Shown piece after piece: positions 31,587 through 41,481 of a DNA stretch of 64,000 bases. Both the position numbers and the translations under genes were made by a program. Source of the stretch: Porphyridium purpureum. Taxonomy: Eukaryota. The notes under the pieces were generated by a model, which did no database searches, was not told where the DNA came from, and was given only the letters and a program-made list of their open reading frames with translations. The stretch's first letter is position 1. The number at the start of each line of letters is the position of its first letter. Where the stretch lies: NCBI GenBank assembly GCA_008690995.1, contig VRMN01000003.1:1240001-1304000 (forward strand), written 5' to 3'.

Positions 31587-32711
31587 CTATTGTAATTCCT
31601 GCACATTAAGGGCGAGCGCTCTGCGATGTGCCATGACGCCCAAATGAAGAGCACCAATAATACCGATCTCATATCCGTAAGATGGTGGCACGATGAACTG
31701 GTCCAGCTTATGCATAACCTTGTCAACGGAGCAGTAGCCCGCATTTAGTTGCTCGAAGTGCTTGCGGATCAAAGCGAACAAAACTTTTCGCTTGAGAACA
31801 CCGCCCGAGATGACAATCACGTGAGGCGAAACCAGATAGGTGATAGAGACGCACAGCTGGGCCAAGTAGAAGGCCACGGTATCCCAGACTGGGTGCGTGT
31901 CAGGCAGCTCCGCCAATTGCGTCGTCTCGACACCTGCGCGACGTGCAATGGCGGCGGCATTCACCATGGACTCAATTTCAACGCGGTCGCCATGAAAGCA
32001 GCAGGACGGAACAAAGTCGTCGCCGTCCAGTCTGCTCGCAGTCATGTGTCCTCCCTCCGGATGCATCAGTCCATGTACAGGAACTCCGTCGACGACCACT
32101 CCGACTCCCACTCCAGTACCGACCGTGATGTACGCCGCAGATGTGGCGCGCGTAAACTTTAGGCCTTGTCCCGTACTGCCGCAATGCTTTCCGTACGCCA
32201 GTTCGGCGAGTGCAGGTGCATTCACGTCGGTGTCGAGCAGAATGCGAGCGAGCGGGAAGAGTTCTCGCACAGCGCCGACCAAATTGTACCCCTCCCATTT
32301 TTGCTTTGGCGAGCGCATGATCTTTCCGTACGCCGGAGACTCCTCATTTATGTCTATAGGCCCGAAGCTGCCTATCCCGATCGCGGAGCAGGGCGTTCCG
32401 ATAGCCAGTTCCTGCGCGCGAAGAAAGTCAGTCAGCTGGCGCATTGTATCGCGCGGCTCAGTGGTCGGCACTGTAATCGTTTGTATAATATCTGTGGGGC
32501 TTTTGTACCAAGCCAGTGCGGCGGTACTTGTTGTGCCGCCCAGCTCAATCGCGCCTACCAGAACGCGGGCAGCGCTCGCGTCATCATCCAGCACACGCCG
32601 CGCGTCCCGCTGCCGCGCGCGCGCGCACTCACACCACGCATTCCATGCCCACTGGAGCGCAGCACCGAGCGCTATCCCGCACCCAGTACCGACCCATACT
32701 CCCGCCCGCAT
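31587..32711 (-). CDS. ROK-family fructokinase-like sugar kinase with an N-terminal hydrophobic anchor
   Basis: Motifs IELGGT, GIGSFGPID, DTDVNAPALAE, YITVGTGVG, HGLMHPEGGH and CFHG. Confidence 0.9.
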   Translation of the reverse strand: MRAGVWVGTGCGIALGAALQWAWNAWCECARARQRDARRVLDDDASAARVLVGAIELGGTTSTAALAWYKSPTDIIQTITVPTTEPRDTMRQLTDFLRAQELAIGTPCSAIGIGSFGPIDINEESPAYGKIMRSPKQKWEGYNLVGAVRELFPLARILLDTDVNAPALAELAYGKHCGSTGQGLKFTRATSAAYITVGTGVGVGVVVDGVPVHGLMHPEGGHMTASRLDGDDFVPSCCFHGDRVEIESMVNAAAIARRAGVETTQLAELPDTHPVWDTVAFYLAQLCVSITYLVSPHVIVISGGVLKRKVLFALIRKHFEQLNAGYCSVDKVMHKLDQFIVPPSYGYEIGIIGALHLGVMAHRRALALNVQELQ

Positions 32712-32999
32712 CACTCCGCCTCTCCCTCCTCTCGCCCTCCCTCTCTCTCTCTCTCTCTTTCCTGCTACACTTTCAACGCTCAGGAAACTCGTTACGTTCA
32801 ATTCGGTTTAGCGGCGAAGACCGATAAACCGGTCGATCATTCTTGTGACGAAAGTACAGTGCTGTCATTGACTGAACCTGTGAGTACAGTGGCAGATTCA
32901 AAACTGGGTGGGACGCGAGTTTGAAGCTCACGAAGAACAAGATGGGACAGAGCGGGGGTGACAAAGGGAGACCAAGAGAACAAGAGTGTTGGAGCGAAC

Positions 33000-35900
33000 A
33001 TGGAGGGGTCGGAGCACGTGCGCGAGCGCACGGACTGGGCATTGGATGTGTTAGAGCGCGTGGGAGATCATGGCGAAGCTGTGAGCGAGGCAAGCGAGGT
33101 GCTGTGGAAGGTGCAGAGCGAGCCGGTGTTGCTTCGAGCCGTGCTGACGAGCTGGCTGCAGCGCCCCGGCAGCCGCTCGCAGACATATTATGTGTACGCC
33201 GCGGCATCGCTGGGGCATCTGGTACGTGTTTCTGCGCACTTAAACGCCGAAGACGTGCTTCGGGATACCTGGAAGTTGCTGGCTGAGTGGCATCGGGCGA
33301 TGCACAATGACGCTTCATTAGCCGAAAAGCGCAAGGCACCCGCGCTCGCCTCTCTATGTGAAGCGTCAGCTTTGGCACTCGCTAATTTGCTGCACACCGA
33401 GCGCTCATCATTGTTCTGCGATCAGCGGTTCTCGGAGCTCGTCGCTGCAGTGCCGTCTGCGCGTCAGCCTCTGCTGATCCAGTTGGGGCTGTTATCTGAT
33501 CCTGGCACTGGTGGCGCCCTCCTGCAGCCAGAGTTTATCAATGCTCTACCCATGTATGAGCAGTGGCTCTCGGAAAAGGCCGTCTGGGTGCTTTCGGACG
33601 CATGTAGAGTCATTCTTGACGAAGCGCCGCAGCGAGAGCAGGCGCTCCGGGTGGTGGGCGCGTGGATTCGCTTCGCGCATGAATTGACGCATATCGTGGA
33701 GACTTTGAACGTTGCAATACGTGACACAGGGGTTGCCCTTTTAGCAGCAGAGGTGATGGCGGAACTCTTCGTGTCACGAAAGCGCGTCGGCGCTTCTCTC
33801 GTTGCCCGCGTTGCGTCGGCCCATGCGACGCTTCTCGACGAAATACGCACATCTCGCGGTCACTTTGATTCGGTCGACAATTGCATGGTGAATATCATTG
33901 AGCATGCGGTGTGCGAGTGCGCGGATTCGGTTTGTGAGGCGAACATGCTCCCGCTGCTGTCGTCGGGAAACTTGGACCGCGAAGAAGCCGGCCTTACAGT
34001 AGCGCACTTACTACTGAAAGGCTTGCAGTGTGACTCTCACAGCGCTCGTCTTGCGAGTATCTCGGCTTGGAACAACATTCTTCTAATTCTGAATGCACAG
34101 AATCAAGGCTCAAAGCAGTCGTGCAGTCAAGAGACTCGAGCTCTATTTTTCGATCAACTGATACCGCAGCTGGTGCAGCGCTCCGTAGATGTCCTTGGGA
34201 CGGTCTTTAATCTGTGCGTGGAACGCGGTGGCCAACCTGTGGTACTGCTGCCATCCGAGGACAGCAGTCGACAGGATCGAGAAAGCATCGATCAGATGTT
34301 TCACGAAACCAAAGCGGCGCTGGCTGATTTGTTTTTCAACATTGGAGGTTTTCTCGGTAGCTCATTTTTCTGTGACATGGAGGGGCGATTTGCCAGACTC
34401 GAGGTGAATCCAATGATTGCAGAGCTGTTTGCCTGTTTCGTTGCCGTCGCGTCTGCGCACGCAAGCCCACCTTTCCGCGTGAAGATGCAGCACCGGGAAC
34501 TTGACGCGTATGTGCGCATTGTGAACACAGCATCGAACTTTCTCGCGCGGACAGCGGGGGCATCCACAGAAGTTGATCACGGACATTTGGAGGTACAAGG
34601 CATGGCTCTTGCCGAGGCTGCAGCAGTTACAGTCGTAGGTATCTTTGGGGCACACGTGGCCTCAAGATTGGCCCCTCCAATGTACGAAGAAGCTCTAAAT
34701 CAGCTCTGCTATAGATTGAGATGTCCAGCGATCATGCATGATGCTTCCTTCGCTCTCCTTGCGATGAGCAAGGCTGACTCGGCCCGCTTTATGGTGTGCG
34801 TAGATTTTCTTATGAAATGGGTGTTTGACGAAAAGGCTGCACGCAACGGGAGTTTCGTGTCGGACAGGCATGGCCAAGAAAAGGTTCGTGCTAAGGATGC
34901 TGAACGGCGAATTTGCTCCGCTCTGGCAACGTCCATACCGACGCATAGCGATGAAGAGAAAGTATGGGAAGCTCTTTCAGGCCTTGCCGGCCTGTACATC
35001 TCGGTTTTGGAATCGCTGACAATGAAGCTGTCGACCCCTCCTTTGACCGATCAAGGTCGTGCTCAAATTTTACTTCATTGGGCTGATGATTTGAACCATG
35101 ATTTGTCCTGTTTGGCATGCATCGTGAGCGGTGTGAGCAAAACCGTGACGGCGCAGAAACTGATGGACAGAATCTCTTCCGGTCTCTGTAGGCTTGCAAC
35201 ATTCTATCTGTCCAACGAGGAAGTATCCGATCGCCTGGCAAGTATTTTTGAACTGGCTTTGATTGGAAATGGCGAGGATGATACCGAGCAAGACCAGATT
35301 GTGCATTGTTCCAGCAAGGCGCGCCTTGAGTGGAATTGCAAGCGCAATTGTGTCGAATGTGTTCTGTTTGGTCTACACTGTTTCCAGACTAGTTTGAGTG
35401 TAGATGCAACGGGCCACGATGGTCTGCGCTGGTTGCAATGCGCGTCGCGCATGATGCAAGCTGTGATAGAGCAGGAATGTTCGCATACCGGAGAAAGTTT
35501 GGCTTTGGTGAATGCAGTGGAGAAAACTGTTAGGGACCTTGTCTCACGCTTTGGTCTGAATGGTGTGGCGGAGCATGTGAAAGAGTGTAGAGCTCTGAAT
35601 GCGCTTGATCGCGCGCTACTCAGCGGTGAAGTGGACGCTGCTGCCGCAGTTCTCCAGCAGCTCAACTCTATGACTCTTCGCTCAATGAGCTTGGATACCG
35701 GAAGCGTGCTGTGTCGTTCCAAGGATGTTATTACAGTCTCGTTGCTTGGTTTGGCTGCATCTAATGAGTCTCGAACCGGTGTTGCGGCTTGTAGACTGTG
35801 GAAGCACCTGTTGAACGAAGCGAGTGCGTTGGAATTTCTTTCCGAGCATGTAGTCTTGATCGAAAGCTTCATTTCCACCGCAATCTTTGGCGTTTTGACA

Positions 35901-36173
35901 AGAAGAATTTCCGCGCAGAGCATCCGGGCCCTGACTGAACTCTTACCTCGAACTATCCGCCTACTCGGTGACCAGGAGCGATGGCATGCGGCGGTCCAAA
36001 AAGGGATGGCGATGGCCGCGCAGACCGATCAAATGCAGTGGATGCATCAGCATCCGAAGGTTACACACGACTTTGAGCTTGCGCTCACGCGGTACGCGCT
36101 TGAGAGTGAGGAGAAGAAGCTGAGAAAAGTACTAAGCGAGAGTGCTCAGGTGTGGAATAGAGAAGTGAGATGA
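33000..36173 (+). CDS. Large alpha-helical ARM/HEAT-like protein, possibly a divergent importin-beta family member
   Basis: Uninterrupted ORF of about 1057 aa, Leu/Ala-rich helical pattern throughout. No diagnostic motif recognised. Confidence 0.45.
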   Translation: MEGSEHVRERTDWALDVLERVGDHGEAVSEASEVLWKVQSEPVLLRAVLTSWLQRPGSRSQTYYVYAAASLGHLVRVSAHLNAEDVLRDTWKLLAEWHRAMHNDASLAEKRKAPALASLCEASALALANLLHTERSSLFCDQRFSELVAAVPSARQPLLIQLGLLSDPGTGGALLQPEFINALPMYEQWLSEKAVWVLSDACRVILDEAPQREQALRVVGAWIRFAHELTHIVETLNVAIRDTGVALLAAEVMAELFVSRKRVGASLVARVASAHATLLDEIRTSRGHFDSVDNCMVNIIEHAVCECADSVCEANMLPLLSSGNLDREEAGLTVAHLLLKGLQCDSHSARLASISAWNNILLILNAQNQGSKQSCSQETRALFFDQLIPQLVQRSVDVLGTVFNLCVERGGQPVVLLPSEDSSRQDRESIDQMFHETKAALADLFFNIGGFLGSSFFCDMEGRFARLEVNPMIAELFACFVAVASAHASPPFRVKMQHRELDAYVRIVNTASNFLARTAGASTEVDHGHLEVQGMALAEAAAVTVVGIFGAHVASRLAPPMYEEALNQLCYRLRCPAIMHDASFALLAMSKADSARFMVCVDFLMKWVFDEKAARNGSFVSDRHGQEKVRAKDAERRICSALATSIPTHSDEEKVWEALSGLAGLYISVLESLTMKLSTPPLTDQGRAQILLHWADDLNHDLSCLACIVSGVSKTVTAQKLMDRISSGLCRLATFYLSNEEVSDRLASIFELALIGNGEDDTEQDQIVHCSSKARLEWNCKRNCVECVLFGLHCFQTSLSVDATGHDGLRWLQCASRMMQAVIEQECSHTGESLALVNAVEKTVRDLVSRFGLNGVAEHVKECRALNALDRALLSGEVDAAAAVLQQLNSMTLRSMSLDTGSVLCRSKDVITVSLLGLAASNESRTGVAACRLWKHLLNEASALEFLSEHVVLIESFISTAIFGVLTRRISAQSIRALTELLPRTIRLLGDQERWHAAVQKGMAMAAQTDQMQWMHQHPKVTHDFELALTRYALESEEKKLRKVLSESAQVWNREVR

Positions 36174-36202
36174 TCGACCTGTTTTGTTAAAGGTAGAATC
36201 AC

Positions 36203-37963
36203 TCAAGCGAGATTCATGCAAGAGTCCCACAAGTGCAGCAGTTCATGTTTGCGGAAGAACGAACGCGCGTGCTCCGGTGGCTGCGAAAGCGTCTCGAAGT
36301 CGTCGAAAGTGCTCTGGGCTACACGGCCCTGCCAGCTTAGACTGCATGGCGTGGACACCTGCTCGCCAGCTGAAATACCAGCAGTGCCAGCCCCGATGGG
36401 AACTGCCCCGAAGGCGTCATGATCGTCGCAAGTCTCTTTGTTGTCCCACGAAATTCGTTCAAGCATCAAATGGATAAACTTGCGAACTGCCTTGACCCCA
36501 CCCTCGACAACAATCATACTGGAATCGGGACCCGCAAAGGTGACGCCTGTCAGATGCAAATCCTTAGCGCTCGCTTCAATTTTTGCCTTATGCATGACAT
36601 GCATTCCACCGAGCACGCGAAACACAGCAATGTGAATTCCAGCCTCCCGATCCCGTTCCATTTTCTCACTCATGCGCTGCCAGACCTCTTCCTTGGTAGG
36701 CTTTTTGGCCTCATTCGCCGCCAAGTGCCTACGCTGACGCTCTTCGATATCGCGCCGGACTTGCGCTTCCACCTTGGTTGGATCCTGCGTTTGCTGAACG
36801 GCTAGAACTCGCATCAAGTTGCTCAGCTTAACTTTGGGTCGCGGCGGGTCTGCAAGTCCCATTTGGATTTCGTCTTGTCTCTTCTGCTCTGCTGCCAGCC
36901 GCCGCATACGCCGCATGCGTTTCGACTCTGCTTTTGTCAGCATGAGCGGCATGACTATCTCTTGAGCATTCGGCCCCTGGAAATTAACGGTCACCGGAAT
37001 GTGCACGAGACTTGAAATAACATCTTTCGCCTGTATGTTTGCGTCCAAGTCAAACTCATCCTGGGCAAACTTATCGGCGTCCTCGACAAACTCGGCGTCC
37101 CACCACTCTACCGCTGGCGGCTTGTTGAATACTGGATCTTTGAGCAACGCAAGGGGCGGACAAAGCTTGGCACGATCCAGTTCATCCTGCTTTGCTCTGT
37201 CAAATAAGCTCTGCACGCGATGTTGCTCTCTCAGTTGCTCCCCCTGAGTTGCAAAGGTGCCCTGTGTTTGAAACTCGATGCGCTTGCCGATGTCCCGTTT
37301 GCGCGCACGCGCGCCGCGCAGCTCTGGATCAAAAAACGGGTTGGTTTCGTCGTGCTCGTGGAACCGTTCCCTTTCACCAGTTTGGAAGAGCTTGTTCAGC
37401 CTGCGCTCTCGCTCGCGCATCCGATTCACTTGGAGCGTAGCCACAGGTCCGACAGGAATCGCTTCAAGTTCCCGCATCGAATCCCGCTCTCCATAATCGT
37501 TCGACAACACGGAAAAGGTGGCCTGCTTTGCCGTCGGCAAAGTTCTTGCTGGGGCCGACGCCTTTATCACCTCTGTTTCCTTTGAAATGCGCAGCTCACC
37601 AACTTCGACCCGAGGCCTTTTCACGCCTGAAGGCTCGTGTTTTGGTGCAACACTCGAGGATGTTCCATCTCCTCGTTCGGACACGTCACTAAATCGTGAC
37701 CTCTTCCTAACCATGGGCGCATTCGCATCGCTTGAAGCTGCTGCACTTAGAGCTGCCGATATCCGTGCATTCAAGGCAGCTGCCCTTTGCGCTGCCACAG
37801 AGCCCTCATTTGAATGTGGCTCGCAACCTGCCAATGACGCGACAGGTGCCCCTGACTGCGCATGCGGAGCATCCTGTGCTGCATCTCCCTGTGCTCTGTC
37901 GTGCTCTGTCGCGATGCTCGAGAACCGCGAGCGCCGCGCTATCGTACGTCCTGCTGGTTCCAT
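36203..37963 (-). CDS. PRP3: U4/U6 snRNP protein Prp3
   Basis: Motifs VEWWD, PLMLTKAESKRMRR, PKVKLSNLMRVL, DPTKVEAQVR, VEGG.KA and C.L.WQG. Confidence 0.93.
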   Translation of the reverse strand: MEPAGRTIARRSRFSSIATEHDRAQGDAAQDAPHAQSGAPVASLAGCEPHSNEGSVAAQRAAALNARISAALSAAASSDANAPMVRKRSRFSDVSERGDGTSSSVAPKHEPSGVKRPRVEVGELRISKETEVIKASAPARTLPTAKQATFSVLSNDYGERDSMRELEAIPVGPVATLQVNRMRERERRLNKLFQTGERERFHEHDETNPFFDPELRGARARKRDIGKRIEFQTQGTFATQGEQLREQHRVQSLFDRAKQDELDRAKLCPPLALLKDPVFNKPPAVEWWDAEFVEDADKFAQDEFDLDANIQAKDVISSLVHIPVTVNFQGPNAQEIVMPLMLTKAESKRMRRMRRLAAEQKRQDEIQMGLADPPRPKVKLSNLMRVLAVQQTQDPTKVEAQVRRDIEERQRRHLAANEAKKPTKEEVWQRMSEKMERDREAGIHIAVFRVLGGMHVMHKAKIEASAKDLHLTGVTFAGPDSSMIVVEGGVKAVRKFIHLMLERISWDNKETCDDHDAFGAVPIGAGTAGISAGEQVSTPCSLSWQGRVAQSTFDDFETLSQPPEHARSFFRKHELLHLWDSCMNLA

Positions 37964-38092
37964 GCACGCTGTAGTCTCTGTTGGCTTCGATATTGTCGTT
38001 TCCTGACTCACAAGGGAATTGAGACTTCAAACTTTTGCGATTGCGTAGGTCGAGGCACCTGGCATGCTTGTGAAGGTTTCGCTCGAACGTAA

Positions 38093-39298
38093 ATGATGCT
38101 CGCACCTTTCAGGATAGGCGCACGCGCGCGCGAAATGATGGGTGTGTGCTTAACTGTGCAGATCCCGTCTGTGAGTGCGCAGGCGCTGCAGCTGCAACGT
38201 GCGCATGCCTGGCAGGGGACCAGCTCTGTGCGACGGATTGAGAGTTGCGCATGGCTCGGAAGTGCGGATGCTCGCCAGATTTCGCATCGACGATTCGCGA
38301 CTGCGGAAGCTAAAGTACCACCGAGGACGCATGTCCAGATGGTGCAGCGGGTTCAGGAGCAGATTCGTCAGGCCGCAGAGGCGGGTGACGATACGTCACA
38401 GCTGACTCTTGGTCATCTGTGCGAAACTGGGGCGGGTGGCATTGCCGTGGACAGGCGGGCGGCAATGCATTGGTTCCGCAAAGCTGCCGAGAAAGGAAAC
38501 CCACAAGCGCAGGTGAGATTGGGCAAACTTCACGAGCAATTTTCGAACGAGAAGGAGGCCGTTGTGTGGTTTCGCAAGGCAGCCAGTGCTGGTGATTCGT
38601 CTGCCAAGTGCTTGTTGGGCATTTATTACGTCAAAGGGAGAGGCGGTCTCCCCCAAGACGGACGTCTGGCCATCAAGTGGTTCATGGAAGCAGCCGCTGA
38701 TCAACACGCTGGTGCTGCATTCAACTTGGGCTTAATATATTCTACCGGGAGAGGTGGGATTCCCGTGGATGGGACCGAGGCGAAGAAATGGCTAGGACGC
38801 GCCGCGCGTGAAGGGCTTGTTGATGCACAGTTTACGTTGGCGGTCTGTTTAGAGACGGGTAGAGGCGGAATCGTCAAGGACGACAAGGAGGCGTTGCTCT
38901 GGTATCGCACTGCGGCCAAAGCCGATCACGTACGCGCACAGTTTCATTTAGGCACCATGTACGAGTCTGGGAGAGGCGTTGAAGTGGACCAGAGAGAAGC
39001 GCTTTACTGGTATGATAGAGCCGCGAAGCAAGGGCTTGCGATCGCGCAGTTTCACTTGGGCTTAATGTTCGAGAGCGGAAGAGGGCTTCCAGGTGTGGAC
39101 CATTCCAGTGCACTGGAGTGGTACCACAAAGCCGCTGCACAGCGGCTAGATTCTGCGCAGCTGCATTTGGGCTCACTGTACCGGACAGGAGGGTGTGGGC
39201 TTACAGAGGACAAAACAAAGTCCGCGGATTGGTACGGAAAAGCCGCTGCTCAAGGAAACATGGAAGCCAAGGATTGCTTGAAGGAAATGGGTCTCTGA
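38093..39298 (+). CDS. Sel1-like repeat protein, copy 1
   Basis: About eight AQ..LG..Y..G.GG...D...A..W..KAA repeats after a presequence-like N-terminus. Start codon uncertain. Confidence 0.9.
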   Translation: MMLAPFRIGARAREMMGVCLTVQIPSVSAQALQLQRAHAWQGTSSVRRIESCAWLGSADARQISHRRFATAEAKVPPRTHVQMVQRVQEQIRQAAEAGDDTSQLTLGHLCETGAGGIAVDRRAAMHWFRKAAEKGNPQAQVRLGKLHEQFSNEKEAVVWFRKAASAGDSSAKCLLGIYYVKGRGGLPQDGRLAIKWFMEAAADQHAGAAFNLGLIYSTGRGGIPVDGTEAKKWLGRAAREGLVDAQFTLAVCLETGRGGIVKDDKEALLWYRTAAKADHVRAQFHLGTMYESGRGVEVDQREALYWYDRAAKQGLAIAQFHLGLMFESGRGLPGVDHSSALEWYHKAAAQRLDSAQLHLGSLYRTGGCGLTEDKTKSADWYGKAAAQGNMEAKDCLKEMGL

Positions 39299-39861
39299 GG
39301 CGTTCATCGTATTCTTCTTGCCTTTGTATATTATCTTTGTTCGCACACCAAATTGTTTCATTTGTTGGATCGTGACGCGAAGCACAGTGATCCTCGACAC
39401 TTGACGAATATGCGCGCCAAAGTCTTCGTATTTCATTGCTTCACTGTGCGAGAAATATGCAGCTTGTAACGCATGGGAGATGACGTCGCCAAGACCAGCA
39501 CCATTGTACACTTTCGACATCGAAGTAGTGCCTCCTAAGTAGCGCCATGAATGCAACAGCCCAATTTTTACCTGGAACCGAGTCGGTTCATAGTGCGGCC
39601 TCCCTGTCGAACATGGCGTTGACTTGAGGCGATATGCGCACGGCTGGTCAGCCTGAGAAGCCGGCTTGCGCTCGGACGACCGTGCTTGTCGTGGGGGAGT
39701 GCATTTGCAAGCAGCATTATTACAAGCAAAATTTTCTTCGGAGGCGAAGACAACCGTCACGAATAAATTTCCACCTGACCCGAATAATCTAAGATAGGCC
39801 CAGAAGAGAGGAAGCCCGAAGGGCGCGAGAGGTTGGGCATAGACTTCGATGCTGAAGCCTG

Positions 39862-41016
39862 ATGTCCCAGTACGTGCGAGCGCAGGATGCGTGTACTAGC
39901 CGCGCTTTGATGGCTACCCTGGCAACGGGCCTGACCTTTCGTGGCTGGGTCAGATGCGGTCACGAGCATGTCGCGAAAGGGCTTCCATTCCGAAATGCGC
40001 TTCCCGGCGTGAGAGAATGTCGTGCGAGAGAATCGGCATGGGTATCCAAAGTGCAGGGCTTTGCGGCAGTGCATCCTGGTATACATGGCGTGTCCAAATA
40101 TGGGTTCAGGGTGAGTGAGTCGCGCGGTTTTTCGAGCACAGTCGACGACTTCAGAAGCAAATCAAGAAGGTCAAAAGAGACGTCAGCAGGACCCAAAGCT
40201 CTGAGCTTTGAAGCACAGATACCTAAGCATCATGTCGAGGACTCCGGATTCGTGCGCGATTCCGTTGAGAGGCAGACACTGACAAAGGCTCCGGCGCAAG
40301 CAGAATGGGCGCGCCTTTACGCGAAGAAGAGGGAAAGGCAAGGGTCCGAGAGGGAAGTGGGGGAAGACCAAGAAAAGGCTTTGCAGCGGCTCCACTTGGC
40401 AGCAGAAGCTGGCATCGCCAGCGCGCAGTTTCGTTTAGCAATGAAATACGGTAGTGGGACAGACGGTGTGCAGTTGGACGAGCAGAATGCCATCAAGTGG
40501 TTTCAAAAAGCTGCTGTTGCAGGAGATGCTCGAGCGCAGTTCATCATGGGCGGAATGTATGCCGAAGGTGAATGCGGGCTACAGCGCGACATGCGCAAAG
40601 CAGTTAAGTGGTTTCGGAAAGCAGCAGTGCAAGAGCACCGTGTGGCCCAGTTTAACATGAGCATTTGTTACAAACTGGGTGCCGGTGGACTGCCTCAGGA
40701 CGACCGTGAAGCCGTCAAGTGGTGTCGCAGATCTGCTGAAAACGACTACGACACCGCGCAGTACACCCTGGGGTCACTGCACTCAAGCGGGGAATGCGGA
40801 GTGACCTTGGATCACTACGAAGCGCAAAAATGGATACGCAAAGCTGCCATGAACGGCCACGCGCACGCGCAATTTCTCATGGGTGTGATTTACGTGAGCG
40901 GGCACTGTGGCTTACCTGTTGACGATCGCGCGGCCAAGAGGTGGTTCCGCATGGCCGCTGCGCAAGGAGATGAAAATGCGGCGATGTCTCTCCGACAGCT
41001 GCAGCGAACGTTCTAG
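39862..41016 (+). CDS. Sel1-like repeat protein, copy 2
   Basis: About five Sel1 repeats after a long Arg/Ser-rich N-terminus. Confidence 0.88.
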   Translation: MSQYVRAQDACTSRALMATLATGLTFRGWVRCGHEHVAKGLPFRNALPGVRECRARESAWVSKVQGFAAVHPGIHGVSKYGFRVSESRGFSSTVDDFRSKSRRSKETSAGPKALSFEAQIPKHHVEDSGFVRDSVERQTLTKAPAQAEWARLYAKKRERQGSEREVGEDQEKALQRLHLAAEAGIASAQFRLAMKYGSGTDGVQLDEQNAIKWFQKAAVAGDARAQFIMGGMYAEGECGLQRDMRKAVKWFRKAAVQEHRVAQFNMSICYKLGAGGLPQDDREAVKWCRRSAENDYDTAQYTLGSLHSSGECGVTLDHYEAQKWIRKAAMNGHAHAQFLMGVIYVSGHCGLPVDDRAAKRWFRMAAAQGDENAAMSLRQLQRTF

Positions 41017-41481
41017 CACGCCTTCCACTTCACGAACGCGCGTGCGCACGCGCGGGTGCCGCAGCGCTGCATTTTCAATCGAACGAAATGGTATGTTTTC
41101 ACGTCGCCGCTACCAGCGGTAACGCTGTTTGAGAGAATAAGAGCTTGGCTCGGACTTCGGGCGGATGTCGCTCTTTGGTCTCTAGGCGGCCCTCTGACAG
41201 ATAAGATGAAGCTTCACTTGTAATAGATAAACTCCTCGAAACATCCTCTCTTCCGAACCTTGGTCCTTCGTCTGTTGGACCGGCGCGTAACCAGCCAGTC
41301 ATTAATTCCCGAGATTTGGCCTTCTTCATGTGGCGAAGCTTCACGGACGCAAAGTCCGCGAAACATGTACAAGAAAGAATTTCTGGTTTAGTGGGTTGAA
41401 GGGTAGAGAGACTTTAAGGGCGCGCGCTTGCCGCACCTTGTTCCCAGATGCGCGAGGATTGTCGTTGCCATCGCCGCCGCC

